DNA of 63,771 bases, counting the filler, from Collodictyon triciliatum (taxonomy: Eukaryota), in assembly GCA_043381765.1 (NCBI GenBank). It is 5 parts of 5 records of this genome, joined end to end, with 100 filler letters (N's around TTAATTAATTAA, not from the genome) between each part and the next. Parts side by side here need not be neighbours in the genome. Positions count along the whole stretch, not along the records: positions 1 to 18,231 come from JBHJMP010000107.1; positions 18,332 to 36,479 come from JBHJMP010000108.1; 3 more parts are not named here. The stretch is one strand, 5' to 3'. Under the pieces are notes generated by a model. The model was not told the DNA's origin, ran no database searches, and saw only the letters and a list, made by a program, of their open reading frames with translations. Within the stretch, counting starts at the first letter, position 1. Each line of letters starts with the position of its first letter. Shown here piece by piece: positions 11,942 through 26,260 of this stretch. The translations under genes and the position numbers were made by a program.

Positions 11942-14787
11942 CTACTCATCTTTGGCGCGCATCCAACTGGACCGTTCCACAAAGACCGCATAGCGAGAGG
12001 GGACATCCAAAATTTTCTGGGTGGCACACAGACACAGACACAGACACAGACACAGACACAGACACAGACACACAAAAAAAAGGGTGTTTTTTTTAATCAA
12101 AAACTTGAATTGATAAATACAATATCATTTTTTTCTTCCTTTTCATTTTGAGGGGAGTGAGTATGAATTTATGTTAGCAAATAAGCGCACCTTTCGTTTC
12201 TCTTTTCTGGCATCCTCCTCTTTTCGCTGGGCTTCTGTTTTCGAGCCAAGGCTAGAGTTAAACTTCGCCAGCTGGATTGCATTACTTATCTCCTCCGGAA
12301 CCTGTTATTAATACCGAAAATACTTCAATATCAGGATAGATATTGGCTAAGGTATGAATGTATATGGAAAGGATGAATCAATTCTCTTACGTCGGGAATG
12401 ACAGCTTGGATGATAAACTTGACAGAAAACAGGATATGCTGTTCCAAAATTAAGAACGATTAGGACTTTATTTAGCAATCCTGAATAATCAATAATGATT
12501 GGCGAAAGTTTGTGTAGAGCGCATATAAATCGAAATATTTTGCACCTCTGCAACAACTGCTACCCAAAGACGAGTAGTTGTACTGTCAACATCAGCTTCG
12601 TTGACCAAAAATTCAGATGTAAATGCTACGGCATCGGTGAAAGAAGGGACAAGTAAGTTCATGTTCACATATTTTTAATGGTATTTCTCAATTAAATGTT
12701 TTTGTTTTTTTTTTTTAAAAAAAAAATATGCAAGTAAAATCATGCTATGATATGTGCATATCAATCACAAGAAAGTTACATAATAGACAGGCGTTTGTTA
12801 TCACAGATATTGCTGATATGATTTCTAGGATATAATAATATGTTCCGATATCCTCGGCTGAGCGATAATGAGGCCGCTTGAAAGTAGTGCACATTTTAAA
12901 CGCGTCCAGACGAACTTAAGCAAAGTAATACAGAATAGAATTTACAATCGATACAAATACAACACAGTTTATTGGTGATTAACATGAAATCGAATAATGA
13001 CGCGGACATGATACTTACTCTCAACGACGTTGTTAACAAGGGCCAGTAGAGAAGCCAACGGAAATGAAGCCGCAAACAATGTAACATAACCGAATTGTAT
13101 AACTAATGCAACATTTTCATTTAATCATTACGTATGAATTTACTAACGGACAACCAAACAAATATATTCATGTTGTATAATATCCTTCTTTCTATTTTTT
13201 TTTTGCTATTTCCAGAATTGCATATTCTATATAAAATGGAAAAGTAATTCATATTATCAAAACTCAGAAAACTGGAAAAGGTATGAGACAAGATGAGATG
13301 AGATGAGATGAGATGAGATGAGATGAGATGAGATGAGATGAGATGAGATGAGATGAGATGAGATGAGATGAGATGAGATGAGATGAGATGAGATGAGATG
13401 AGATGAGATGGTTATCATGTGATATTATTATAAGTGTGAAAAAGGACTCATTTCGTTGTAATCATCGAAGGCCCCGTGATAATTTTCAAGCTTTGATTGC
13501 TCTTCTTCTGGGGTCATTTTGGAAACATCATCAAGTCTTGATTCCTATTTGGGGAATTAAAACAACGAAATAAAAAATATTTTAAGCGCATATTAGATCC
13601 ATTCCTTTCATAGATAACTTTTCTCTCTTTTGTTTCTGAATCCGGTTATTCAAATGGGATGAAAAAATTGTTAAATACACAAAAGATATATATCAAATTC
13701 AACAGTGAATCCAATGTCTCATACAATATTCTGTTCCTTCAAACTACGTTCCTCCATATAATTACGATAGAAAATTTTTGCCTGACTACAGATTGAGATA
13801 AATTACGATTATAATCCATCTATTTTTTTCCTAATTAGTTTGAGGCTTTTGCAGATGACTCGAGTACGTTTGAAAAATCAGTAATGGTATAGAAAACATA
13901 CGGCAGGCAAAATTCAACAATTTGTTGTGAAACAGTGCGTACTCCGAAAATACTCGCTGAAAATTATTATTATTTTAATATATACATATATATAGGCCTG
14001 ATGACATATGAATATCGTAGGAGAATAGGTGGTGTTACATGCGATTAAAAGTGATATTGCGACTTACCTAACTGGTAAGTGAGTTCCTCAACGCAACTGT
14101 TAATGCACTCATCTTTGACTCCAAAAATAGTGGGGTCATTTATCTGGATAGTATATTGTATGAGAAATAATATAAAGTATAATGCAACAAAAAAAAACAG
14201 CATAAAAAAAGGGGAAGTAACCAGGCGGATTACCTTGACAAAAGCGAGGTAGAATAGGGAAACATAAGAGTTGATGAACTAGATGTAATTTTTTTGTTTT
14301 TCATTAACGAGAAATGAGATTAACAATATGATATTAATCAGTAGATTTAAAGAAAACCATGGCTTGTATTGTCTATAACTTACCTGAAAGAGGAAATTCT
14401 TCATTATTAATGCATCATCATATTCGGTTTGGGTGCGATAATTCTCTGAACGATGAAAAAAAATGATGTTGATGTATTCAAGATGCAATAAATCAATACA
14501 TCACATTCAAAGTCATATTGCAATTATTTCCCAGAAACATCCATTACCCCAGTCGTTCAGATACTTAGCAAATCGAAGGTACAACTGTTTTTCCAATTAA
14601 AGGTGAGATATATATATATAGCGATATTTTTCGCAAGATTTTTTTTTAATTTAGCAAACGCTGACTTGATCGAAAGAAACAATCGTCACTGCATTCAGAA
14701 TACCGGCAATCATCGGTCCAAAACTCTCACCAAGACGGTTGGATCTAATACAAAATTTCTTCGTTACGAATTCTACTCGAATGATAT

Positions 14788-14835
<48 letters not shown>

Positions 14836-15027
14836 NNNNNNNNNNNNNNNNNNNNNNNNNNNNNNNNNNNNNNNNNNNNNNNNNNNNNNNNNNNNNNNNN
14901 NNNNNNNNNNNNNNNNNNNNNNNNNNNNNNNNNNNGATTATTTAAATAAAAAAATCAACTCCAGATTGAAAGGAAGAATAAAGAAACAAATAATCGACAT
15001 CATAATTCCACTTGAGTGCTTTTCGTG

Positions 15028-15084
<57 letters not shown>

Positions 15085-17337
15085 TTTTTTAATAAAAAAT
15101 TTTTTTTTTAAAAAACAAAAAACAAAAATATTTTTTTTTTTTTTTTTTTTTTTTTTGGAGATTGATCTTGAGTGGATAAAAATTTATAGATAATGAGGTG
15201 AAAAATCTATACTTTGAAATGTAAATTCGAAGAGTCAATATCCCTAGAGTAGCGATGACAACACCCGCAAGCTATATTATATATAGAAAAGTATCTGAAT
15301 GCTGTTATAAGACATTACTGTCAGATTTTGTAAAAATTATTTGATGATACCATAGTACTGATAACTGGGTAAGACACAAAATATTTTGCTGTTCTTTTCC
15401 ATTGAGGATAAGCCTTCTCCTCCTCGCCGGTAATTTTATTCTTTGTCTTTTCCCCTTTGAATTGGGGTCGGGGTTTCTCCTGCGTTTAAAAAGAGCAAAA
15501 TGCGGTTAAATGAAATTATTATTCATTTTTAACAAAGACATTGGTGTGGTTACATCATCTTCGATTCCTTGTGTGTCCCATTTGAATGCAAGAGCAGATT
15601 GCTCTCTCTTCCAAAATTCAAGAAAGAACGTGGCTATTTTATTTATTTATTTTAAAAAAGGGATATTTTGATATTACTTCATTTGAAATACTTGATAAGG
15701 TATCATCAATACTTCTATTTATCGATGAGGGTAAGAAGAAATGCAAGTTTAACACAATAGTTCAAAGTAAATAAAAAAAAGTGTGGACACACCCCACAGA
15801 GAAACAAATATGCAATATGCGGGAACAGCAGGACTGTCAAAATCATCCGAGATCCTATTTGTAGGGGCAAAACAATTGATCGACCCGAGATGGTTTTTTT
15901 TTGGGTGTGTGTGTGTGTGTATGTGTGTGTATGATTTAGGGTAAATATTCATTATTCTATATGTAAAAGACATATAGTTACACTCTTTTCTAATAGTTTT
16001 CCATCATACCATACGAAAAAAAAAGCTTACTGAACTATAAATGCTATTGTGCCGACAACAGCTGGATATACTAGCCATCTCGTGTAAAAAGCCAACCAAG
16101 AAAAATAGAGAGCGATGTATTCACCAAAGTAGAGGCGAATATCTCGCATAGGTTGCCACAATAATTTTTTCATGTCTCGGTCTGAACCAATCCATTTGGC
16201 TTTGAGTCGTTCAAGAGCCTGAGAATCATGCAGCGGGAAATAGGTCACGACTCGTTCTTTGTGAATCATCTTCACGAAATCTATAATTTAAGGGCAGGCA
16301 TCTAATTAAAATAGGGTTTGTTAAATGTATTATTCAAGGAGCGATTACATACCCAATCCAGAGCCTCCTTCAGCCAGAGGAGCGGTGATGATTGAGTTCA
16401 AAAGTTGTTGGCGTCTTGCAGAACGAAAGAAACAGCCATCCTCCACTTCGTTTTGTCGCTCATACTTTTGCTTTTCGGATTTAACGAAAGGAGCAACACC
16501 AAGCGCAGCATCTACCAAGTCGATGTTGCCTTGGAAGAGCTGGAAATAGATAAATTATTCCATGTGTAAGTATATGAGAAGATAGAACCAGGGAGTTGCA
16601 CGGCCAATCTACATGCCCCCGTCCACATTCAAAACATACATCAGAGGCCGTCCCGGTACCAACTCGGAAGTCCCTCAGTGGAATCTTAAGCTCGATTCGC
16701 TCCGCTTCCGTCTCCAGACGATCAGCTGTTGCACCGATGCGAACCAGAATCTCATCTCCATCACGTGAGCTAGGATTATTTAAAGAAAAAAATCAACTCC
16801 AGATTGAAAGGAAGAATAAAGAAACAAATAATCGACATCATAATTCCACTTGAGTGCTTTTCGTGATTTTTTTTTTTTTTACAAAAACAAAACAAAACAA
16901 AACAAAACAAAACAAAACAAAAACATAAACCATGACAATATATAATTTTCAAAATTGGCATATCATGGGAAATGTAAAATAAGAGAAAAAAAGAAATAGA
17001 TATTTATGAAAAAGTTCTGAATTTTTTTTTGTCAGGGATGTATTGTACGTAATAGATGACTCGCCCGTCCTAACATAAATGGGGAAAGTTAGGGCTACAA
17101 ACATTGTTTGCTCAAAGTGCAACTCTGCACCGCGAATGCCATCCAAGATCTTGAGGTGATCTTTTGTGCCTTGCTGAGAACTCTTGAGAACAGCTACATA
17201 CTCCCAGTAGATCGGCGCTTTTGAGGAAACCCCGGCGCCCGAATCTTTTCTCGTTCCATAAGAAAGCTTGGCACTGGACGTGCTTACAGTCTCAAAGTTG
17301 TCCAGCAGACCGTCGGCCATGCGTTTGTAGCTGGCCA
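11942..17337 (-). CDS. Anoctamin/TMEM16 family channel/scramblase (ANO10-like), about 18 exons
   Basis: [115 protein letters not shown]...RP...[18 protein letters not shown]...IPDVP; ATG at 17337, TAG at 11942-11944. Confidence 0.92.
13292..13410 (+). repeat. (AGATG)n microsatellite
   Basis: Directly visible, intronic. Confidence 0.9.
14936..15028 (+). repeat. 93 bp near-identical copy of 16774-16866 (probably an assembly artefact)
   Basis: One mismatch over 93 bp; begins exactly at an N-gap edge and is followed by noisy poly-A/T. Confidence 0.7.
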
Positions 17338-18231
17338 TTCTACGAAGGCTGGAAGGAACAAATAAACAAATAAACAAATAAACAAATAAACAAATAAACA
17401 AATAAACAAANNNNNNNNNNNNNNNNNNNNNNNNNNNNNNNNNNNNNNNNNNNNNNNNNNNNNNNNNNNNNNNNNNNNNNNNNNNNNNNNNNNNNNNNNN
17501 NNNNNNNNNNNNNNNNNNNNNNNNNNNNNNNNNNNNNNNNNNNNNNNNNNNNNNNNNNNNNNNNNNNNNNNNNNNNNNNNNNNNNNNNNNNNNNNNNNNN
17601 NNNNNNNNNNNNNNNNNNNNNNNNNNNNNNNNNNNNNNNNNNNNNNNNNNNNNNNNNNNNNNNNNNNNNNNNNNNNNNNNNNNNNNNNNNNNNNNNNNNN
17701 NNNNNNNNNNNNNNNNNNNNNNNNNNNNNNNNNNNNNNNNNNNNNNNNNNNNNNNNNNNNNNNNNNNNNNNNNNNNNNNNNNNNNNNNNNNNNNNNNNNN
17801 NNNNNNNNNNNNNNNNNNNNNNNNNNNNNNNNNNNNNNNNNNNNNNNNNNNNNNNNNNNNNNNNNNNNNNNNNNNNNNNNNNNNNNNNNNNNNNNNNNNN
17901 NNNNNNNNNNNNNNNNNNNNNNNNNNNNNNNNNNNNNNNNNNNNNNNNNNNNNNNNNNNNNNNNNNNNNNNNNNNNNNNNNNNNNNNNNNNNNNNNNNNN
18001 NNNNNNNNNNNNNNNNNNNNNNNNNNNNNNNNNNNNNNNNNNNNNNNNNNNNNNNNNNNNNNNNNNNNNNNNNNNNNNNNNNNNNNNNNNNNNNNNNNNN
18101 NNNNNNNNNNNNNNNNNNNNNNNNNNNNNNNNNNNNNNNNNNNNNNNNNNNNCATATGTCCCCTTGTGACTGTCCAGAGTATTCTAGAGTCGTGGGTCAT
18201 TTGGTATTGTGGGCCAAACAGGATGTCAGAC

Positions 18232-18331
18232 NNNNNNNNNNNNNNNNNNNNNNNNNNNNNNNNNNNNNNNNNNNNTTAATTAATTAANNNNNNNNNNNNN
18301 NNNNNNNNNNNNNNNNNNNNNNNNNNNNNNN
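18232..18331. other. Artificial scaffold-joining spacer N44-TTAATTAATTAA-N44
   Basis: 12-mer with stops in all six frames at 18276-18287, inside a 100 bp N block; identical to three other spacers. Confidence 0.95.
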
Positions 18332-18337
18332 ACACAC

Positions 18338-18425
<88 letters not shown>

Positions 18426-18466
18426 ATATCTACAGTAGAATGATGCTTAGGAACAGAATGTATTAC

Positions 18467-21400
18467 CACTCCACGTCCCGCAGCTTCTGCTGGCCCAACG
18501 CCGCCTTCGTCCTGCAGACATCGCATCTTGGCATCGAGGAGTTTGTTAAGGTCTGTGAACATTTGGCATTGCTTCAGGTTGGGCTCGTGTGTTTCCTGGT
18601 TGGTGGATACGAGTGTTAATGTGATGCATGAATTCCTGATGGCTCTAGCAGCAAACATTCAGGGTCCGCATTGGAAAGCGAGAATAACCCGCTCCAACGT
18701 TGTTTTGTTTTGTGAATATGCACAGTTTGGATGGAAGGACAATATGAGGATGAGTTTATAGTTGTATGATGTCACAAGGAGAAAAAAAAAAGGAAAATAA
18801 GAGCACTAAACCTTGATCTCTTTCTGCTTCTCCCTAAGGCTCTTTGTATGCGATTCCTCCTCGGAAATTTTCTTTTTGTATACTTCAGTGTACGACTTAA
18901 AGTCTTTGGTAGCGCGAGCTTCTCCGATGAATGTCTTAACCTCAGTTGCCGCTGGATTGTTTTTTGTTGTTTTTTGTTGTTTTTTGTTGTTTTTTGGAGG
19001 AGGGTGGGATATCGAATTAGTACTCAGATATGTTAAGATAAATAGTAAAGTTAAGTTAAGATTGTAAAATTAAGTTCTCAATTTGAAAAAGAGGGAAATA
19101 AATAATTATTATGGACTCTTATATTGGTCAACTATATCTCAAGTAAAAGTAGGGGCACAAGATATATACAAATTCTTACCGCGATTGTTGGAAACGTCTA
19201 CAATCATAGTCATGCAGTTCAGCAAATGGTAGCGGGACTCTTCACGGGCACATTCATTCATCATCGCATTGTAGTCCGTCTCCAGTTTTGATTTCTCACT
19301 ACAGCGACAGAAAATTGGGGTGTGAAGATAGGACTGCTATCTGGTTTCGTTATTATTTCGTATATTGCTGGACAGTTAATACAAAAAAAATTGCTCGTAT
19401 ATTGCATTAATTGTTGGGGATACACACGTATGTATACTGATATTATAAAAATGCTTAAGAGCTTATGTGTCAGGGACCTTTCCAAAGCAACGGCTGTATT
19501 CTCGTATGCTGTCTTTTTTTCCATATATTCAGCCTCCAGTTGTTGGAATTTCTCTCTTTGGGACCGGAGCTCTTTAACTTGAGGCGCCAGCTTGTTTTTC
19601 CGCTCCTGCGGAACACCCAGACAACAAAGACAAGCTTGAGTCTTTTCTTTTCTTTTCTTTTCTTTTCTTTTCTTTTCTTTTCTTTTCTTTTCTTTTCTTT
19701 TCTTTTCTTTTCTTTTCTTTTCTTTTCTTTTCTTTTCTTTTTCATTCACTGATAAATACAAGAGTAGGCAAATGGTTAATATTCGCGAATGTAAAGCAAG
19801 ATGAATAGGGTTGTTATCCATGGTATCAGTATTACCTTGATTGTGTTGGCAATCTCAGCGACAACCCCCGAGATGTCTTCCAGTGTCCTTCCTTTATCTT
19901 CATCTATTTGACTTTTCATTTCCGATACCTTTCATGAAGAATAATATTGCTTTGTATGAGACCATCAAATCATTAGGCGTGTCGATGTTAGGTGGACAAT
20001 TTTGATTAAAAAAATTATTTAAAAAAAGGCTATTATTTTATAAAAATTACAGCCTCCAGCTGATTTTGGGTGCTTTGGAATCCTGCTATTCCTCTCCTTT
20101 TTTCTAGTGTGAAAAGTTAAGGGACAAGATAGAGCGGGGCTCTTTAAATAGGCTTCCTTTTAAATCTCGAGATGGTTCTGATGCTATTTAATGTTTTTTT
20201 ATGTTTTTTTATGTTTTTTTTATGTTTTTTTATGTTTTTTTATGTTTTTTTATGTTTTTTTATGTTTTTTTATGTTTTTTTAAAATATTTTTGATGTTTT
20301 ATAATTCTCTTTTGTAAAGGATATGTTCTTCCATAATTTCTTGCAGATTCGAAGCTCGGCTTTTAATAATTTCTTCTGTTCTCTGCAGAACTCCAACTTC
20401 TGTCCTAAGCTCCGCCAGTTCCTCCTTCATTCGTCGATAGGTAGCTTTCTTGGCTTTTAAGTTGGAGACATATTTTTTGAAGTCTTCTTGCTTCAGCATC
20501 TTAAGGATGGTACATTGTGTTGTTTATTAGCCAGATGCATCATATTGAATAAGGAAGGGGGATTTTATCAAGGTTCAATTCACACGACATAAACTTATGT
20601 GAAATTTCTCTAACTACTTTTCCTTTCATTCCAGCCGCTTGGCGATCCTTGTCAGCATACTCACTCTCCACTTGATTTTTTTCGGTTTTGAGCTGGTTTA
20701 GCCTGCCGATTGATCATACAGATAGGCATTCAAGTCAAGAAAAATAGAGCATTTGACTATATTGAGGCTTGTTTATATGTAAAAGTTTGAAGGCAGGGCT
20801 GGTGCTTCGCAAATTCGAGATAAGCACTAAAATCACAAACGTGGCTAACCAAATATTACTATCTATACCTGTCTAGTGTTTCAATTTTCTTTCGGCTTAC
20901 TAGTGTTACTTGCTGGCGGAATATCGCAAGTTTGTCATCAGCGGGACTAAAAGAGTAATTCATATATTAGTATAACTTGAACGACAGTTTGATTGATGTA
21001 CTTCAAATCGAATAAAGGCTGGGAAAATGGAGGAGATGTCCAATCGATATAAATAATAAGGATAAAGAAACCCTTGGATATAAAAGTAAACTTTGTCATT
21101 TGGTCTCGTTTTTGGGTTAGTTGGGTGATTTCGCGCATCTGTGCATTTATCTGTCCTTGGAGCTTATCAATGTCACCATCAGACATGGGTGGAGTTTTAA
21201 GGATTTCTTCCAATCGCTTAATGGCCTCGTATTGGTCAGTCAATTGCTGTGTGAGTGAGAAGATGGTTTAGCTAGTGAGTGAATAGGGTTCAGCGAGAAA
21301 TTCTTCTGGTGACGCAAAAAATAAAGGGGATTGATTAGTGACCGAGTACCTTTGGAAGATCATCCTGCAAAAGAATTTTGTTTCTCTTCAGATCATCTTC

Positions 21401-21946
21401 AATACGACGTAATAAGGCCTCGGCGTCGATATCACTTCTATCGGACTGCACAAAGTATTTATGCAGAGCACAGTGTTATCATATTTGTCTTCACAAGTCA
21501 ATCAACCATTTGTGCAGACTGAAAATATCGTAACCTTCATTTCCTTGAGCTTCTGTTGGGTAAGGGTAGATTTGACCCCAAGCTGTTGGACAAGTGATTC
21601 CTGTTCTCGAATTCTGGTCCAAGTTGATGATATTATCAAATTGTAAATGGTGGTATGAATTGACTTCTTTGAAATTATGGCTTTCATATTATACGTCGGA
21701 CTAAAAATAACTCTGGAACATATTACTTAGATTCCAGCCTAATTTGGTCTTCTTGTTCTTTTCGAAGTTTCTTCACTAACTCGAACATCTCGTCGGCTTT
21801 TGGCTACAATGTATCGTTAAAGATAAAGACTATTTACAAAATTAATGTGATTAATATCAGAAAATATTGCACCAAATCAGATGATGCAGGTAAGTTATTA
21901 CTAATGCGTAGGTAGTTTTCAATATTGCTCCAAACTTTTAAAAAAA

Positions 21947-22045
<99 letters not shown>

Positions 22046-23568
22046 TCACTTTAATTCTTACCATAGATTGGGCTTTTTCCTTCAGTTTGTTGATCTTTGT
22101 GAGAAGCGTTTCGCGTTCTTCTTCGATTGCGGTGAGTCTTTTTTTTCCCTCTTCAGGTTGAACTCCTTCTCCGCGTATCAAAGTGACTTGTTTGTGCATG
22201 TTTTTGAATTCCTCTTGTCGAGCCTTTAGGATGTTAATAGCCTCAGCAACGGCTGTGCCATGATTTAGATTAGCAATTACTTTTCTTGCGGTAATATTTG
22301 CTATCAAAGTTAGCCGAAAGGAGAGAAGAGGGGAAGTGGATATTGCTGGGTTCAGAAAAGCCTATCAAAGAAAAGAATTCAAAGCATAAGGAGGACAGAG
22401 GTGCAGGTAGCTAATCGAGCCACGAAAATTGAATGACATAATCACCTTCATCCTGGGCGAACTCTTCTGGAATCTCGATAGGCGCAAGAAAGCGAGCAAC
22501 GTATGCGCGCTGAATCAAGGAATTGGTTTTCGATAGCAGGTACACCAATATCGGATAGATGACATTACGATCTCCAGAGGAGATTCCTTGGGCGTATGAA
22601 TTCCTGTGACGTGGATTTGAATTTATTGGTGGTGGCAGTTCATCTGTCATCAGTAAAGAGGCTCCGAAGAGTAAAAATAACGAAATAGAGGGAACATGAA
22701 CTAGTATGAATAGAAAGCCACGAACAAATGATGTCATCAAGGACAGGTACGGGATTACTGGTTGAGCAAAGATATGTAGATGTCGTAACCATGATTAGAT
22801 AATGTAATACGAGGCAAAAAATAATAGTGTAATAAAATAAAAGATAAGATAGAATTGAAGGTTGAGAGATGAAAATGAAAATCCATTTTCTATTTGGCTT
22901 GTATGACGTTGGTAAGTACTTACGGATCCATATCAACGGGCTTTTTGTAGTTGAGAAGTCGAAGGCAGTCGATCATGCGGTACATGGTTTCCTCTGGTGT
23001 TTCCTCCTGCAGATCTCGCCCATGTGTGGGTGAAATGTGTGTAATGACCTGGATCATAAATAAGAATAAATAACCATGTTAACGAGTCTTGGACGCTTCC
23101 CTTTACTTCAAAACTTTAAGAAAGAACTCACGTTACAGGCATAATTGAAAATGGAAAACCAATATCTAAATTTTCTTGATTAAAAACAACAATTATTATA
23201 TGTTTCACAAAAACAAACAAACAAACAAACAAACAAACAAACAAACAAACAAACAAACAAACAAACAAACAAACAAACAAACAAACAAACAAACAAACAA
23301 ACAAAAATAGAAATAAGAGACTACAGCTAGATGTAGAAAAATGTGAAATGCAAAAGTTCCGAGGGAAAAAAACCGAAAGAATTTAAGGTAAAAGTATAAA
23401 GGGGGGGCGCAGTGGGCTAGGTATAGAGATTTTGTTCAGAGAAGAGCTTACTCGGTTCAAAATCTCAAGAAGCTCGTCTCCGGTTTTGTCGTCGAAAGTA
23501 ACCAAAGAAAGCTCCATGTTGAAAGGAGGTTCATTAAGTTTGTCTACAATCAACTCCATGTCTGCCAT
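18467..23568 (-). CDS. IFT81: Intraflagellar transport protein 81 (last exon lost at scaffold end)
   Basis: MADMELIVDKLNEPPFNMELSLVTFD, IYPILVYLL...QRAYVARFLAPIEIPEEF, DDKLAIFRQQ, FKKYVSNLKAKKATYRRMKEELAELRTEVGVLQRTEEII, KGRTLEDISGVV, KNKLAPQVKELR, QMFTDLNKLLDAKM. Confidence 0.95.
20107..20324 (-). other. U12-type (minor spliceosome) AT-AC intron in IFT81
   Basis: 5' ATATCCTTTAC at 20324, branch TCCCTTAAC at 20124-20116, 3' ...CACAC at 20107; splicing restores IMEEL|EKRRGIAGF. Confidence 0.9.
21947..22025 (+). repeat. (ATAG)n microsatellite
   Basis: Directly visible, intronic. Confidence 0.9.
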
Positions 23569-26035
23569 CTTGCCGGGCTGCTTGTTGTCTCTCTTTCTGG
23601 TGAGGGTTTTTGGGCTATGTCTTCCGTCTATCTAAGGAGAAATGGCGTTCTCTCCTTGGTAATTTTCTGTGCATTTGGATTCAACAACGTTAAGAAAAGG
23701 AAGTGAAAGAGCCTCATCCCTTCTGCGTGTTTTAAACATATCTCGCAGGATATTTGCCTTTTAGTCTCCCAAGAACCCAAGGTGGCGGGGGTCGTGATTG
23801 CTGCCTCGGGTTTGATCGGAGGCTGATTCAATTTCGCGGACGATTTGTTTTCAATTCCAAAACATTCAAGGAAATGTTTGTAGTGCAACCGTTACGATGC
23901 CGCTTTTGGAATATAATATGTAGGACTGTGACAGAATCGCGTACGAAGAGATGGGAAACAAAGTTATTTCTCCCCGTTTTCTTCAACTGTATTGATTTTG
24001 TAACATATTTATATTTTATATTAGTAAATAAAAGCATTATAATACTAATTAAGTATTATTTATATATTTTCCGTATATAGCAAAAAGAATGATGGGCTCT
24101 GTTCTACTATTTCGGAGATTTTGTTGCTGTCTGTTGTCTTGCATAGAACGCAAATCATGGACAGGCACCAAGCGGATGTTTTCTGGGGAGACTTGTTAGT
24201 GACCCAGCTCGAACTCACAGCCCCTCAAGGAACTCAAAGAGCATCAAATGGGCAGACAGGGCTCAACAAGGCTAGAGTTCTTGGTTGTCGGAGCCTCGCG
24301 TGAGTGTATTTCTATGCCTACGAAGCATCGAGATGCAGCTCAGTTATCAAGTTGTGAAGGCAAAGATACTGAGTTTCGTATAGTTCCAAATATCCGCGTA
24401 GCTAAACCAACAGAGGCATGAAGAGGTAGGGAAGTCATCAGTCATTCAATCGATCGCCAGGATTGGGTCACAAAGGAAAACTGATCGCGATACCGAGTAA
24501 GAGAATTTGAAGCAAATTCGCTTTGCTAATAATAATAATTAACCTCTCTGCACTTTGAATCGAATAAAGGGAAAAAATGCCAAAGGAGTTGATTTTTCCC
24601 AATAAGATAAAAAGTATACTGGGGTATTATCGCGTTTGATATGTAATAGAGATCGGTATTCCGTGATTGGGATAATTATATCTCGTATTTTATCCAAAAA
24701 ATCAAGGGTCTGCACAAAAATCGAAAGGGAGATTAAAAGAATAAAAAAAAAATCCAAAAATCGATGGTATGAGCTATACAAGTCAAAAAAAGTCCATGTG
24801 GTTGGTAGCAGACACAAGAATATGTTACCCAGAAGAAAAGAGCTTTAATGGAAAAGTTTACAAGCCTGGGTTGATTGATTTCTTGTTCGTCAATCATTAG
24901 GCGGAATGAAAAAAAAAGTGTACAATAAAAAAAACTACAACCGCACACAACAGACAAAGGACGCAGTGCGGTCAATATATCTGGAAAATATAATAAAACT
25001 AATATAAATATTATAATAAAAATATTGATATATTATTTTATCAAAAAATCATACCTATGGATAAATGCGCATATACAAATTTGGAATCTGAACAAGCTAC
25101 AAATTGTATCTGGTTTGCAGTTTCCATGAACAAAAGCAAGCTTTCGGCGAAGTTTACTTTTGCAGAGGAATTATTTTTTTTCGAACGGCCAAATGAAGTA
25201 AAAAGGGTATAAAGCTCCGAGGGTCGGGCGAAGCCATACACATTATTTTGAATCGCAAAGGTGCAACAGAACGCAAGAAATAGCCCAAGTCAAGGACATC
25301 GCACATTGATATATTGCATAAGCAAAGGAAGAGAATCATCAAACCAATTTGATTTAAAAGGTAAATGTAATCGAATAATGAATATACGCATATAATATCT
25401 GAGGCGGTGCTCGCTGGGTGATTGCCTGGATAAAACAAAAATAATTCACTAATATGGGGCCGGGTTATCATGGAAGACTTTCTATGTTAATTTTGATTTT
25501 ATTAAACCCATTTTAAGAAGATGGTCTATGCACAATCAGATTGTTTAGGAACCACTATCACAATTCTTAATCGGATTTGTACCAGTAGCATTTTACAAAT
25601 ATATTATCTTTCGACAAATGAGCATGAAAGTTAGTGACTAAAACACCCCTTTATTTTTCTATTTATTCGATTCAAGGGAGGGGTGGGTTAAAAAAACCCT
25701 ACACATTCCTTTTTCCTTCATAATACACTTACAAAAGGCACTTTCAGTTTATTGACTCACACTATTATAACTTCAACTAATTATGTTTTTTCATTTGCCA
25801 TTGTTGATAACTGGCACTATAACCACCACGCTTACTGTTCTCCTTTCTTTCCCAACTTTTTTTGGCTTTTCTTCTGCAATGAGTATATGTTTGTATGGTG
25901 GTATGAAGTGGGAAAGTGGTTTACATTTCCAAAATCAACCAAAGGAGTTTTGTGGTGAAATGTAACACTTTTATCTCCGTCTAATTTTTCTCCCGGCAGT
26001 TCCTATTGGAATCCTCTTACATTCTGTCACAAAAC

Positions 26036-26139
26036 CTATTACTATTACTATTACTATTACTATTACTATTACTATTACTATTACTATTACTATTACTATT
26101 ACTATTACTATTACTATTACTATTACTATTACTATTATT
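26036..26139 (+). repeat. (CTATTA)n microsatellite upstream of the cyclin
   Basis: Directly visible. Confidence 0.9.
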
Positions 26140-26260
26140 AGTGAATGAACTTACAACGGTCCTGGTGCCATCATGTGTATTAACCCGAACAATTTAAAAC
26201 AGGGAGCAAGGCCCAACCAAATATCAACACACCGAAACAATAACATCCAAAGAGGACACG

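Noticed and set aside
14936-15028. 93 bp intronic duplication within the anoctamin gene
   Set aside because: Abuts a gap and is followed by low-quality homopolymer sequence; most likely a misplaced read (not fully excluded as real).
18153-18231. 79 bp island as the last IFT81 exon
   Set aside because: It lies across the artificial spacer, on a different scaffold.
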